A stretch of DNA of 64,000 bases from positions 10,726,001-10,790,000 of the forward strand of contig OZ316775.1 of the NCBI GenBank assembly GCA_973851085.1, given 5' to 3'. Within the stretch, counting starts at the first letter, position 1; each line of letters opens with the position of its first letter. This document shows positions 48,434 to 59,767 of the stretch, piece by piece. The notes beneath the pieces are model-generated. The model did not search any database. It saw only the letters and a program-made list of their open reading frames with translations, and was not told the origin of the DNA. The stretch is from Ptychomitrium polyphyllum. Its lineage: Eukaryota. Made by a program: the position numbers and the translations under genes.

Positions 48434-51119
48434 CGAATGGAGGAGACTATGAGGTTGGTGTCTTAATACCTTGGCCTTTGCACAAGGGTCGCATGATTAA
48501 ACAAATTTCTTCATATATTCCCACATTTGTGACCACTAATAATCTCTAACAATCAATTCTATTATTTTATTGAATCCAAAGTGCCCTACTACTGGAAAAT
48601 CATGGCTTGCTTGAAGGATCTTCAATCGAATAAGACTTGGAGGTAGGTATAAAGTCCTTTATAATAAAGTAAGCCCTTTTGGAATTCAAAATTTTCATAG
48701 CTATTTGAAGGATCTCCGTTGTCTTTAAGACGCTTTCTTATATTTGAAACAAAGGCATCATTCTTTAAAGTCCTCCAAATTTTATTAAGATGGAATGATG
48801 TAGTAATAATCTCTGCTTTTAATTGAAGATTCTTTGACGCATATAAGATTGTAAGTTCTTCTAAGATCAATCTTGGTGAATATCTTTGCTTGACCTAATT
48901 GTTGTAGGAGTCTTGAGATTAATGGTAATGGATAGCAATTTTTCTTTATCACTTTATTAAGGATTTGATAGTCCACGCACATATCTAATGATCCATCCTT
49001 CTTGTACAAATATAATGGATGCTCCAGCAGGTGATTTAGAGTATTGAATGAAGCCTTTTCTAAGGTTTTCATCAATATATTCTCTCAAGGCAATTAACTT
49101 GGTTTGTGATAAGTTATAGATAGGTCCAAAAGGTGGTTGGGTTCCTTCCTACAACTCAATGGCACAATTGAAAGGCCGATCCTTTGGTAATATGTCTGCA
49201 TTCTTCTTCTCAAAAACGTCTTTATAATCTTGGTATTGATGAAGTATGCTCCAATTTATTTATGATATAGAGCCAAATATTGGCGTAGAATAAATGGCAT
49301 AAATTATTTTATGCTTTGTCGCTCTCATAAATGCCTTAGTTCCAATAAATGATGGTCAAAGATTTATTATACCTTGACGTCTTTTCCTTGAGACCAACAT
49401 TTTGTGGATGCCAATCAATGTCTGGATTATGTAATTTAAATCAAAGAAAGTCAAAGACAATAGGAATTACTTAGGGTTGAATGATGTTGAAGATAATTTT
49501 AGATACTCGGTCTTTCAAAACAAATTCCAAGAGTTGAATTTCTTCAATAATATTACCAGATGGAAGAGATCATCTATCAATAACTTCAATACGTGTGAAA
49601 TATTTTTTGTTCACAATTACTATATGGTGTTTAATTGCAAAATCCTTGTCTATGAAACATGCCATTGCACCAATGTCTAAAAGAATTTCACTAACTATTT
49701 TATCATCTTACAATTTGATTTTGATAGGAAATGTAAAGCATGAGGTAGGATTTGAAGGTAGTAAGAGATCTTGATTTCATGATTGTTTCTTTATGGTATT
49801 CAATCACATGGTCCCTAATGTGATTGGATAGTCTCGTTTTCCAACTCCACTATTGTGCTTTGAGCTTTAAAGGCAAATCCCTTGATTTGGCAATTGTGCT
49901 CATTATATCTAAAATTGCCACAATACAAACATAGGTTTCTTTCCTTTGACACCTTTCTTCTTCTTTTGAAGTCAAAGGTATAAATTGGGTAGCATCAATT
50001 TGCATAGGTTTTAGCCCTTGTGATTGGATTTCTAATACTTTTGAAGAAGTGGTTGCCATACTTTGATATATTGGTTGCCATCCTAAGCATTGTTTTTAGC
50101 GCCTTTTAAATAGTCTATTGTTACATGCTATTGTTTGAATAATGAATTTGTGCAAAGTTTCAACCTTTGGCATTGTAAATAGCAAGTTCTTCACATTCTC
50201 TCTCAAGCTCCATTGGAATTGTGTAATCTAGCCTTATGATTTCAATCAGAGTTACAAGCTAGTTGTTGAAACTTTACAACATATGTAATAACTGAGCACT
50301 GTCCTTATTGTAGACTTTGGATCCTTGTTTCATTATTGTAGACTTTGGATCCTTGTTTCAGCCACTCTCTTTTGGTCGGTATCTCCAAAAATAGATGTCA
50401 ATGCTTTTATGATTGCATCTAAGTTATTCAATAATAATGACTGTTTTTCCATTAATAATGCAAACCATCATAGTGCATTATTTGATAGAAGAGTGGCTGC
50501 AAATTATATTTGAGTAGTGCCATCAAGATAGCAAGATTAATGCAAATTAAGGAAGAGCCTTATTTGTTGAACAAAACCTCTCAACTTTGATTTTGATCCA
50601 TCAAACTTGTCTGACATACTAATCTTTGGCTGTGCATGGTTTTAATGTAAGCTTTCTCTTCCAATATTGGCCTTTTGTAATCAAACAATCTCTTAATATA
50701 GACTTTGAATATTACCATTGGATTCTTTAGCTTGTCAAATGTGTTGCTCTAAGTTATTTGTGGTATTGAAACGAGCAAGTTCCTTTTGAGCAATATTTAA
50801 TAATTTTTGAAGGTCTGCAATAGTTGCAAATTTATTCTCTGATGTTCCAAGTATATTATCCATTACTTCAGACTATCAACAGAAAAAAGACTATGAATAT
50901 GTTCAAAAGAGGATAATCTACATCCTTTGAAAGATTGATTCTTTTTTAAAAGAAATAGTATTTCCTTTTAGAAATAAACACCGACTTATGCTTTAAACTT
51001 AGAGGAAGGTAATCCGCAATCTCTAAGATGCTATAGAATTCTAAAGAAGATGCATAATTCATTATCTTCTTCAAAGAATCTAAGCTCTAATAAAAATAAA
51101 GAATAGTTTTGCCAAATTT

Positions 51120-51651
51120 TGTAAAACACAAGAAATAAGAAGCAAAAATAAAGTATTTTCCAAGAATTATCTTCTAAAGAGCTAATGATTAACAAGAACT
51201 CATACAACAACTAGAATAAGGTAAGATATGATCCACAACTTTTGTTGGCAAGCCTAAGATATACATTGACTTGCCTTCTATTTATACTATGACACTTGTA
51301 TCTCCTAGGATATATTTCACAAAGCTTTTTCCAAAGCTTAAGAATGTTTTTAAAATCAATGGAATATTCTTGAGAAGTTTTCCAAGATGGTGGAACCTTC
51401 TTACAAAGCTTCCAAAGACTTGGAACTTTCCTTAGAAGTTTCCTAAGGTGGTAGAACCTTCTTAGGAAGTTTCTCAAAGAGGTAGAATTTTTCTAGGAAG
51501 TTTCTTAAGGTGGCGGAATCTTTTTAGGAAGTTTTCCAAAGAGGTAGAAATGACTATAGAGACATTGAAAGTATTCTAAGAAGCTACTACAACATACTAG
51601 AAGGTTCTAGGAGGTTCTAAAGACTATGTTGCATGATTTATGTCCGTGATA
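51120..51651 (-). repeat. 5' LTR of the chromovirus
   Basis: Starts TATCACGGAC (TG->TA decay). It aligns over ~500 bp with the 3' LTR and the solo LTRs. The 3' boundary is approximate. Confidence 0.88.
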
Positions 51652-54600
51652 CTAGTAACTTCTAATAGCTTCTATTTTTTGAAAAGGTTTTTAAAAAGGT
51701 TTTGAAAAGTTTAAAAGCTTCTATAGCTTTTTAAGAGACTTATTTGGATGTATTTAAAAAAGTAGAGACTTCATGGTAAGATGAAGTGCATTCCATTTTT
51801 GCCAGTACAAAATACAAAGCACATTCATTGTGTTACTATGCTTATAGTTTTCTTACCAATTCTAGTTATTTAATAATCTATTATAAACTAATTCTTAAAA
51901 CCGCTTCTTATTTTGTTTCTTATTTCTTATATTCCTACTACCTTTTGTCAAATTACAAAATCTTTATTAATGCATAGTTTTTTTTTAAAATTCTTATAAT
52001 ATCATGTTCATTTCTTTGACATTGTTACATATGCAATTCCTACAAATTAATGGCTATATAATTGTTTTTTTATACTTTGATTCATTAAATACAAACTTTA
52101 ATTATTAGGCACAAATTTTGATAAAGATTCCTAAATAAAAGCCATTTACATTATTAATTATAAAATTTTATATAATCAAATATTCTTGCTAGACTTCAAT
52201 AAATTTCTAATAATTAAATGGCTTTCCAAATAGCATAAGTACATCCAAAATCACCATCATTTATCTATATTTTAATTCTATATTATTTTTAGATGGTGTT
52301 GCTTTTAAATACAATGATGTTTTTAAATATTCCTTTCTTGCTAATTGATTTCTATTCTTTTAAGGATATAGAGGCTATAGGCAATTAGGCTGCCATTGTC
52401 AATACTTCATACAATTGTTGATCAAGTCACAAGAATACAAGGATGCACATCTAAAAACTATCACGTACTTCTAATACCAACATCATTGTTACATTCTTCA
52501 GTACTTGAAGCAACCTACCTTCATTTGCAAAAATGAAAATCAACAATAAATAATAGTAAGAATACGTAGAAATGAGTAAAAAAAGTCATGAATCCAGATT
52601 GATGACATAGCACAGAAACTCCCTTAAACTTTAATAGAACAAGATTTTGACAATGAAGTAATATCTTTAAATGATGAAATGGTCCCTCTCCCAAGAAGAT
52701 GTTTCACAGGCGTCTTTCAAGAATATTATGATCCACCATTAGTGAACTCTACTGGATACGTAAATAATGTTGCTTTCAGATACTGTAACGGTCTGTCGCT
52801 GTACGCATTTTCAACACTCTACATATTTAGTAGATTTCATAATGTGAAGTGTACGCCACCGGTGCCGAATGTCAGTACTGCGCACAGTGGGGGTTTTGGG
52901 GTAAGGTGATGGTTTTGAATACGCGTCCAAAGCTTACAAGAAAATCAAATGAAGCTCAATTTTTACGAATTGGCATCCTCGCCGGCATGGTAATTCTGGG
53001 AGGTGATGATCTCTAATCTGCAGTTGATAAGTTTCTGCATCCCATTTGCATGCTTCTTTGAAACAGAGTGGCAGGTATAAATCTTCGACAAGCTGGCCAA
53101 CAGAAGACTTGGCTGGAGGCATTGTTGTTGCCTTCAGTGGAGTTGACTGAAGAAAGCTGACAAGTCGGATGCTTGAATTCGGATGCTCTCTATGTCGGCA
53201 GCTGTATACTGATTCTAATACTGTTCGCTTTGAAGGTTCGAACTTCTGCTTTTAAAACTCGGTTGGAATTCTTAATCATTCTCTTGTGAGGTCGTGATTA
53301 CTAGGCTTTTCATGATCAGAAGGACGAGATCAATCTCTGGATCCTTTTGATTTTGCATCTTGAGTACGAATGTCTAAGGCACTGGATAAATCGATATTCA
53401 GGTATGATATTGTTACCCCATTGTTGCGCAGTTGAATGTCAGCAACTGTGATGTTTCTCAGGAAGAAATGGAAGAGGTGATTCTGGCGTTCAAATCAGTG
53501 CATCTCCATTATGCAGCCATAAATCAGTTCATTGGTAATTCTTTACTTGCAAACCTTCGTTTCAATTTCATTGCTCTTCTACTAGGCTCGTTCATTCTGT
53601 GGTGACATGAAAAAAGTATTCAAAGACGGCCACTGCGAATCACCAGCAACCTTCAGGTTGTTGTAGGTGAAATCATCAATTCGGGGATAGTTGGTTATCC
53701 TTGTGATGTGTCCACTTTGCAGATGTGGATAGAATCTTCTTCACCTATCCACAAGCCAGTATCGGTATAAACTAACCTCACTTTACTGTACAGCTTAAGA
53801 GTAGAACTCAGAGAGACCATCCTGGATCTTCTTAGAATACCTCATTCTTGGACTTCATGAGCGAACCTGATCTTATGATCAATATGTACAAGTTTAAGAA
53901 AAGAAGCTGTTGATTTATCACAGGTAGTGATTATTTAACATATGAGAACTGATGTCATTAATCATTTCCTAGATGTCTGTATCCAGAAGCAATCATGCTG
54001 CACGCATACCGACATCAGCCATGTATTTGTGTCCACGTTGCAGGTGTCCACTTTGCATCTAAGCTACATGGTTTCTGTGGCTTGTCTTACTGGGGTTGGT
54101 TGTCTTTCTGAGATACTCAGTTGAAACAATTGATGTAGGTATTTGTTATTTTGCTCAACAGCAAAAGTTTCCTTGTTACTGTATCACCACAATAGGGACT
54201 GTTCATCAATGAATGGCTAGAATCGGCAGCTAGTTACATGCTCGCCGAGTGGATTCACGAAATGGAAATTGATACTTGGAAAGTTAGGCAAGGTAACTGT
54301 AGTACAAAAAAAAAATCAAAAATTTGCTAGACCAAGGTGTGGAAAGCAAATTTGAAACCCAACAATGTGATGGAGAATTTGATTGCGAGAATAGAAAGTG
54401 AGTGGCCACGGTGAGTAGTGAGTATAAGTTTTGGAAACCTTTTTAGAATATTTGAGCTAAAAATAAAAAGAAGGTAAAATTAATAATTTCAAATTACTTT
54501 TTAAACACTATAATTTTGAAGTTATAGAACCTATTACCGTAAGACATTCACTGGAAATTTATTTTGTGCATTCATTAGTGTGTGGTTCAGTATGAATTAG

Positions 54601-57600
54601 ACCTTTAAAATATTTTATGACTTTACAAAAAACTTTTTTAAAAGTATCTCAATAAGCATAAACTTCATAGTATAAATCAAAGGTAAAATGAAGTACAATT
54701 TGAAATTGTCTATACATTTGTAAAGCATATCCATAGTATTGCCTTGTTTCTAAACCTTGTATTAAGCCTTGTTATCTCCTAGTTCCTAAAAAGCAAATTT
54801 TTGAAACCACTATTTGTCTATTTTTTAAATTTTTGTATCTTTAATAGATTGTTGATGTAAAATATTTGATTGGATCTAATTTAATATTAAACAAGGTAGG
54901 ATTTTTTGTTAAATATATTGAGAAAGAAGAGGTAGATGTGTATCTACTATTATTTTACAATAAATATAAATATCTTTGGCTTTAAAAAAATTTTAAAATG
55001 TAAAGAGTATAGAAAATTAGAGAGGGCTATCCAATTTGGTGGCAATATCTTTGAGAAAACTATAGCTATTGATAACAAAGTTTGTAATGAGATTATGTTG
55101 TTACAATTTTAAACAAAATATTATTTTAATAAAAAGATTGTTCCACTTTGTAATTTTTTGGCTCTCTATAAATTACTTTTGGTTGTTAAAGTAAGCATAC
55201 TACAAATACTTTATTGCAATATAAAAAAGCATGTACAAGCATGTTGTTTGGTATATTTGAAGTCTTTAAAATAAAAAAATTAGATAAATTAAGAAATCTA
55301 AAAGTTTTTGATATTGTAATTGACAAACATTTTTTTCATGGAACTTCTATTAGTCTTTTTAAGTTCTAAAAAAAAATTATAAAAGTAAATTTATTTGTTA
55401 TAGCATTTAGAACTAATTTGAATTCAAAATGGTGAAAGAAATCATTTAAAATAAACAAGGTTCTATTAATATCTTATAAGGAGTAGAGCTTGAATTTAGA
55501 TAATTTTGTGGAATTTGAAATTAAAGTTGCAGCCACCAAGGTTAAAAAGAAGAATGATGCTACAATTAAGTTAAAATAAAATGAGATTAGGTTTAAAGTT
55601 TAGGATTTAGGATTTAGGACTTATTTTTTATAGCAATTCATTGTATTGTCCATAGTAAAACCTTGGTAGGCATTATTTACAGGATAATCTTTGATATATG
55701 ATGTATTTTTTGATTAAATAGATTGTATTTCAAATGACTTAGCTATTAACTTATAAAGTCTTCAAAAAACAAAATTCTCTGCAAAAACTTCAAAAAGAAT
55801 TGTATGATTCAAAAAAACATTTGAAGTTGTTTATAAATACTTATCAATCTTTCTAGTAGCAAGCTATTTTAAGTTTATGTGCTAATTGAGAAAGTACTTT
55901 AACTTATTTAGAAATGCTATATAGAAAAATCAATGATGTACTTGTTTTTGCTATGTATAAATAATGAAGGAGTTTCAAAATAATTTATTTTTTCTATTTC
56001 TTTGCTAGTGCTCTTCATTATTTGTCTTTATTGTCAAGGATTTCCAAGCCAAGTTTGTTGGCTATAATGATATTGGATCCATTACAGAAATAATGATAAC
56101 TTAAATCATCATATTGTTTATAAATAAGACTCTAATCTAAATGTTGTATTATTTAATGAAGATTTAAGGTATTATAACACAATATTTGTAAAAATGTCTC
56201 ATGATATACAAAAATGCCATTAATGATGTTTACTCAAATATTAATAAAAGTTCCTTGAAAACCATTCTTTATATAAAATTTTGTTGATAATGTTAATGAT
56301 TAGTTCATTAAAATCAAGAAAAAAATATTACATACAAATATGACATTTTTATGAATACAATGTTTCATATGATGTTCAAATTTGGATACTTTGGTGGTTA
56401 TTTGAAGTAACTTGCTACTCAAAATAAGGGTGGCCAATTAACTTGGATTAGATATAATAAAGAACATAACAAAAATAAATATGAATGAGGTTTTAGCTTT
56501 TCAAAGAGAATTTAATGAAACTGTATGTTTTGCCTTACAAATAAGGTTTAAAAAAAACAATATAATGAGTGCATTTAAAGTTTTTAATCCATTTAATATA
56601 TTTTTTGGACAAGTAGGATTAGCATTATAGAAGTGTAGAGATTTGGATGTCTTTTATGTACAATATGCTATAGAGTAGGAATTTAATGGAAGAAATTGCT
56701 TCTTCTAAGGAATATTGTAATAATGAAGAGGGAGTTTTTCTTGCAACTTTGAAATCTACAACAATTTAGGCAAAGAATTTTTTTTGAAACTTCTAAAGTA
56801 TGGTGATTTGGAATTCTTTCTTAATTAAAGTATAAGAATTTGGTTGTATTTGTTGAAATGACTAGAGTGCAATGTGTTATTAGTGTTACCTATAAAAGTT
56901 CTTTTCATTAAGAAGGTTATAAAAAGATGTTGTTAAATTAAGGTAGTGAAGGTAGTGGCCATCTTATTGCCAAAATTGAATTGTAAGTTTTACATCTTTT
57001 GTAAAAACTTGATCATATTATTCTTTTTTTAGAATAGATGTGTATAAGACATTGTTGTTAATGAAGCTCATAAAGATGGTATTCTTAAGTACTAGCAATG
57101 TCTTAGCATTATAGGAATGGAAGTTGAGAAAAAAAAAAAAACACCAATAATAAAGTCAAGCCTAGTATGGGTGACATCTTGCATGTAGATGTGTACCTAA
57201 AGCTTATGAACAATGTTACTTAAAAGATGTATTAGAAACTTGAGTATAATAAGAGAAGCCATGTGGAAAAAATGACGGTAATGAATTTCTTGTAAATTTA
57301 ACTAACATTAATGCTTGTAATAAGAGAAGAGATTTCATGCAATCCCTATTCCGTGTATTCCGTGTATGTGTAGGTTAGCTAAAGTGTTCTTAATTTGCAA
57401 TGCATTATAGTGGTAGAAGTAATCAAGATCAAACACAAATAATTGAACCAAATTAGAGAAGAGGTGTCACTCTCACCTTCCAACCAGGAAGGCCGAACTG
57501 ATAATTGCGCTGACAACCACAGATCCAATTTTCCACACGCCACCTTATCCGTTTCGCAACAACCAAAACACTGACTGAGTCTGATTATTTCTCATCCAAT

Positions 57601-57608
57601 CAAACAAC

Positions 57609-57656
57609 TCATCCCATAAAAGAAGAAAATCATCCAATAAAAGAAGAAAATCATCC
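57609..57656. repeat. 21-bp tandem repeat TCATCC(C/A)ATAAAAGAAGAAAA x2.3
   Basis: Directly visible. Confidence 0.8.
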
Positions 57657-58536
57657 GAATACCCGCAGGAATTAGATGAAATCCGCCAGCAATGCTATGC
57701 GAGGAGAGGCGGCGAAAGACGAGCCGTGACAGAAGGAGCGGCGCATTCTCAATTTCAGAGCTGGCCTAGTCTTCTGAACGATCCACATCCTTTCCAGAGA
57801 GAGTACATATCCAAAACCGTCGTTGTGCCTAATACTAACACATCTACGGGGGCGCATACTTTCCTGCAGAAAACCTGCAGAACTCGTAGATGTTGTCGAT
57901 TCCAGATGAGTGACGTAGTGTATCTAGAACACAACATGATTGATCGCACCATTCTGGATCGTCGATCTAAGACGCGCTCTGCATGCTGATTGATCTCAAC
58001 CAAGAATGTCAGTAAACTTCAGAATCCACTGCAGCTGTGTTGCTACTGTGCATAGCGTTGCGAGATGATGCAGCCCGATCGCATTATTGATGTCGATGAT
58101 ATGTTGAGAAAAATTAGTTGCAGGACGTCACTTCAGTGTGAAATTGCCAGCAGATGAAATGAAGTGAATTTCGGCAGATAACTTAACTGGTGCAATGAAA
58201 GTGGAGAAAAACTTGAGTGACATCCAGAGGAATCATGATGTAAGACGTGAATCTGGATTCCCTCCAGGTTGTGCAGAATGCTATTTTCAGCGTGGAGTGG
58301 GAGCACTTGGGTTGCAGGGGAGCGGAGCAGAAGCTGGGGGCGCCCGGATCGAGTCCGGGAGAAAGGGAGCGAACTCAGGTGGGAGGCTGGGTTGGCGAAT
58401 ATGGGCTGGAGCTTGCAGATCGATGTGTTAGCTTGATGTTTGATTATGGCAGGTTGATTTCAAATTTTGGTTTTTGAATGGTGGTAGCGATGGCAGTTGA
58501 GCGGAGTGGTTTATGAAATTTATCGTGGGGGAGACG

Positions 58537-58637
58537 TTTGGCGCCTTCGGTATCGAAGACCGAGCCGCAAGAGTCTGTTTTTATCATTCCGCGTGGTTTT
58601 GTATGCGGATTGGCGCGGGAATGGCGGTGGTTCCCGC
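58537..58637. promoter_or_regulatory. Cluster of E2F-like sites upstream of / in the leader of the coiled-coil gene
   Basis: TTTGGCGC (58537-58544), overlapping ATTGGCGCGGGAA (58609-58621) and TTCCCGC (58631-58637). Motif match only. Confidence 0.35.
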
Positions 58638-59767
58638 TGCGAGGAATCCTACCATCGTGATGGCGGGGGAGTTTTTGAGTGTTGCTTTAAGCTTGCGGCC
58701 TTGGCATTGTTTCGGAGTTTGGGGAGGGTGTGGATTCTGGGTTTAAGTGTCAGCCGGAGGTGAAGCGTGCAGTTGCAACGGAGAAGACAACGGGTGGACA
58801 CTAGGATGGAGTAATCCCTTTAGAGAATGTAAGTCTGTCGTTGGCGCTTCAAGGATCCTAGGACGAATTTTGTCCTCGTTGTCAGACCAGTTCGTCGGTC
58901 TTGTTGTCATTTTTGCATTCCTAACGTTGAGGTCTGAGATTCAGGATAATCCGCCTTCTGAGGTTGGTATCGTGTAATGTCTTCTTAATGTGTATTTGTG
59001 TCCGATCGCGTAACCTTCTTCCTGAAAAGAAGGTTGGTCTTCTGCTGGGTGAAAAGTTATTCCTTTTAGTGGGTTGGGTTGGTGATCACTTTACAAGTTT
59101 CAGTTAGTCGTTGATGGATTGTTCAGATTGGGTTTCGACGCGTTTAATGGATTCGACCAACTCTATCCTTGCACTATTAGTAGTACTGTCCAATATCGCT
59201 GGTAGAGTTCATGGTCATCAAGTCTTGATTCAAATTTTCTGGGAGTTTTTCAGCAAGAAATCTCCTGAATCAGATTATTCTTCACACTGGTTGACTAACC
59301 TTTTTTGGAGTTTTAATTTTCAGAGCATCTAGAGTATAGCTACTAACAAATAGAACAAGCGTGTACTGGATTAGTTGGTTTGTTAAGATTTGTGAGAGCA
59401 TTGTTTGTGACCACTTCCTCTTCTGTGTCAGAACATCACGCACGCATCAAAGCTCTTCTACTTGAAAGGACTCAGGACTCAGGATTCAGTACAGGCGCAG
59501 GCTCAGAAATTTAAGTTACATTCAGCCTAGACCCGTTAGCAATCCAGCTGATTTCCTTTTATTATTTAGAAATGGCCAGACAGGTTTCTTTGGCAGCTTT
59601 CATAGACCCATTAGAGAAATTTTTGTATTACACCTCATGTTGGGTATTGAAGAAACAAACCCGTTTTTCAACACAACACAGAGATGACCTTTGTATGTTT
59701 GATGTGCACAGGTGCCCAGGCTACTATTCTCGAGACTGGTATGGGCATGTCGTAGAATGAGTTGGTA

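Larger units (their letters stand above)
45040..51651 (-). mobile_element. Decayed Ty3/gypsy chromovirus (Tcn1-like) LTR retrotransposon with both LTRs
   Basis: 5' LTR ~51120-51651 and 3' LTR 45040-45547. PPT AAAAGAGGAGGTGA abuts the 3' LTR. The flanks TTAAT/CTAGT are compatible with a mutated 5-bp TSD. Internal relics: gag (PKISMSDKFDGS, KPMQIDAT, zinc-knuckle region), protease, RT N-part (KKDGSL.MCVDY..LNKV..KNCYPLPLI, KIFTKIDL), integrase (CDPCAKAK...LPVP..P..SLSMDFIT.LP....FILVVVD) and chromodomain (EYEVEEILDS..KNGRVKYLIH*..YGINDQTWEP..NV.NA). Many stops and frameshifts. Confidence 0.93.

Noticed and set aside
51084..51095. TTTTATTAGAGC (minus) as a decayed tRNA-iMet primer-binding site
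   Set aside because: Only 9/12 match, lacks TGG and lies ~24 nt from the LTR end. It cannot be distinguished from chance.
51355..51545. Regular ~31-bp repeats superficially like a CRISPR array
   Set aside because: The units are contiguous without unique spacers, lie inside LTRs, have no cas genes and are in a eukaryotic context.
55586..55619. Interstitial telomere array
   Set aside because: Only ~4 degenerate TTTAGGA units with no perfect TTTAGGG.
57672..58980. Several 60-90 aa ORFs upstream of the coiled-coil gene
   Set aside because: No motifs and no consistent splice structure. GC-rich promoter/leader composition explains them.
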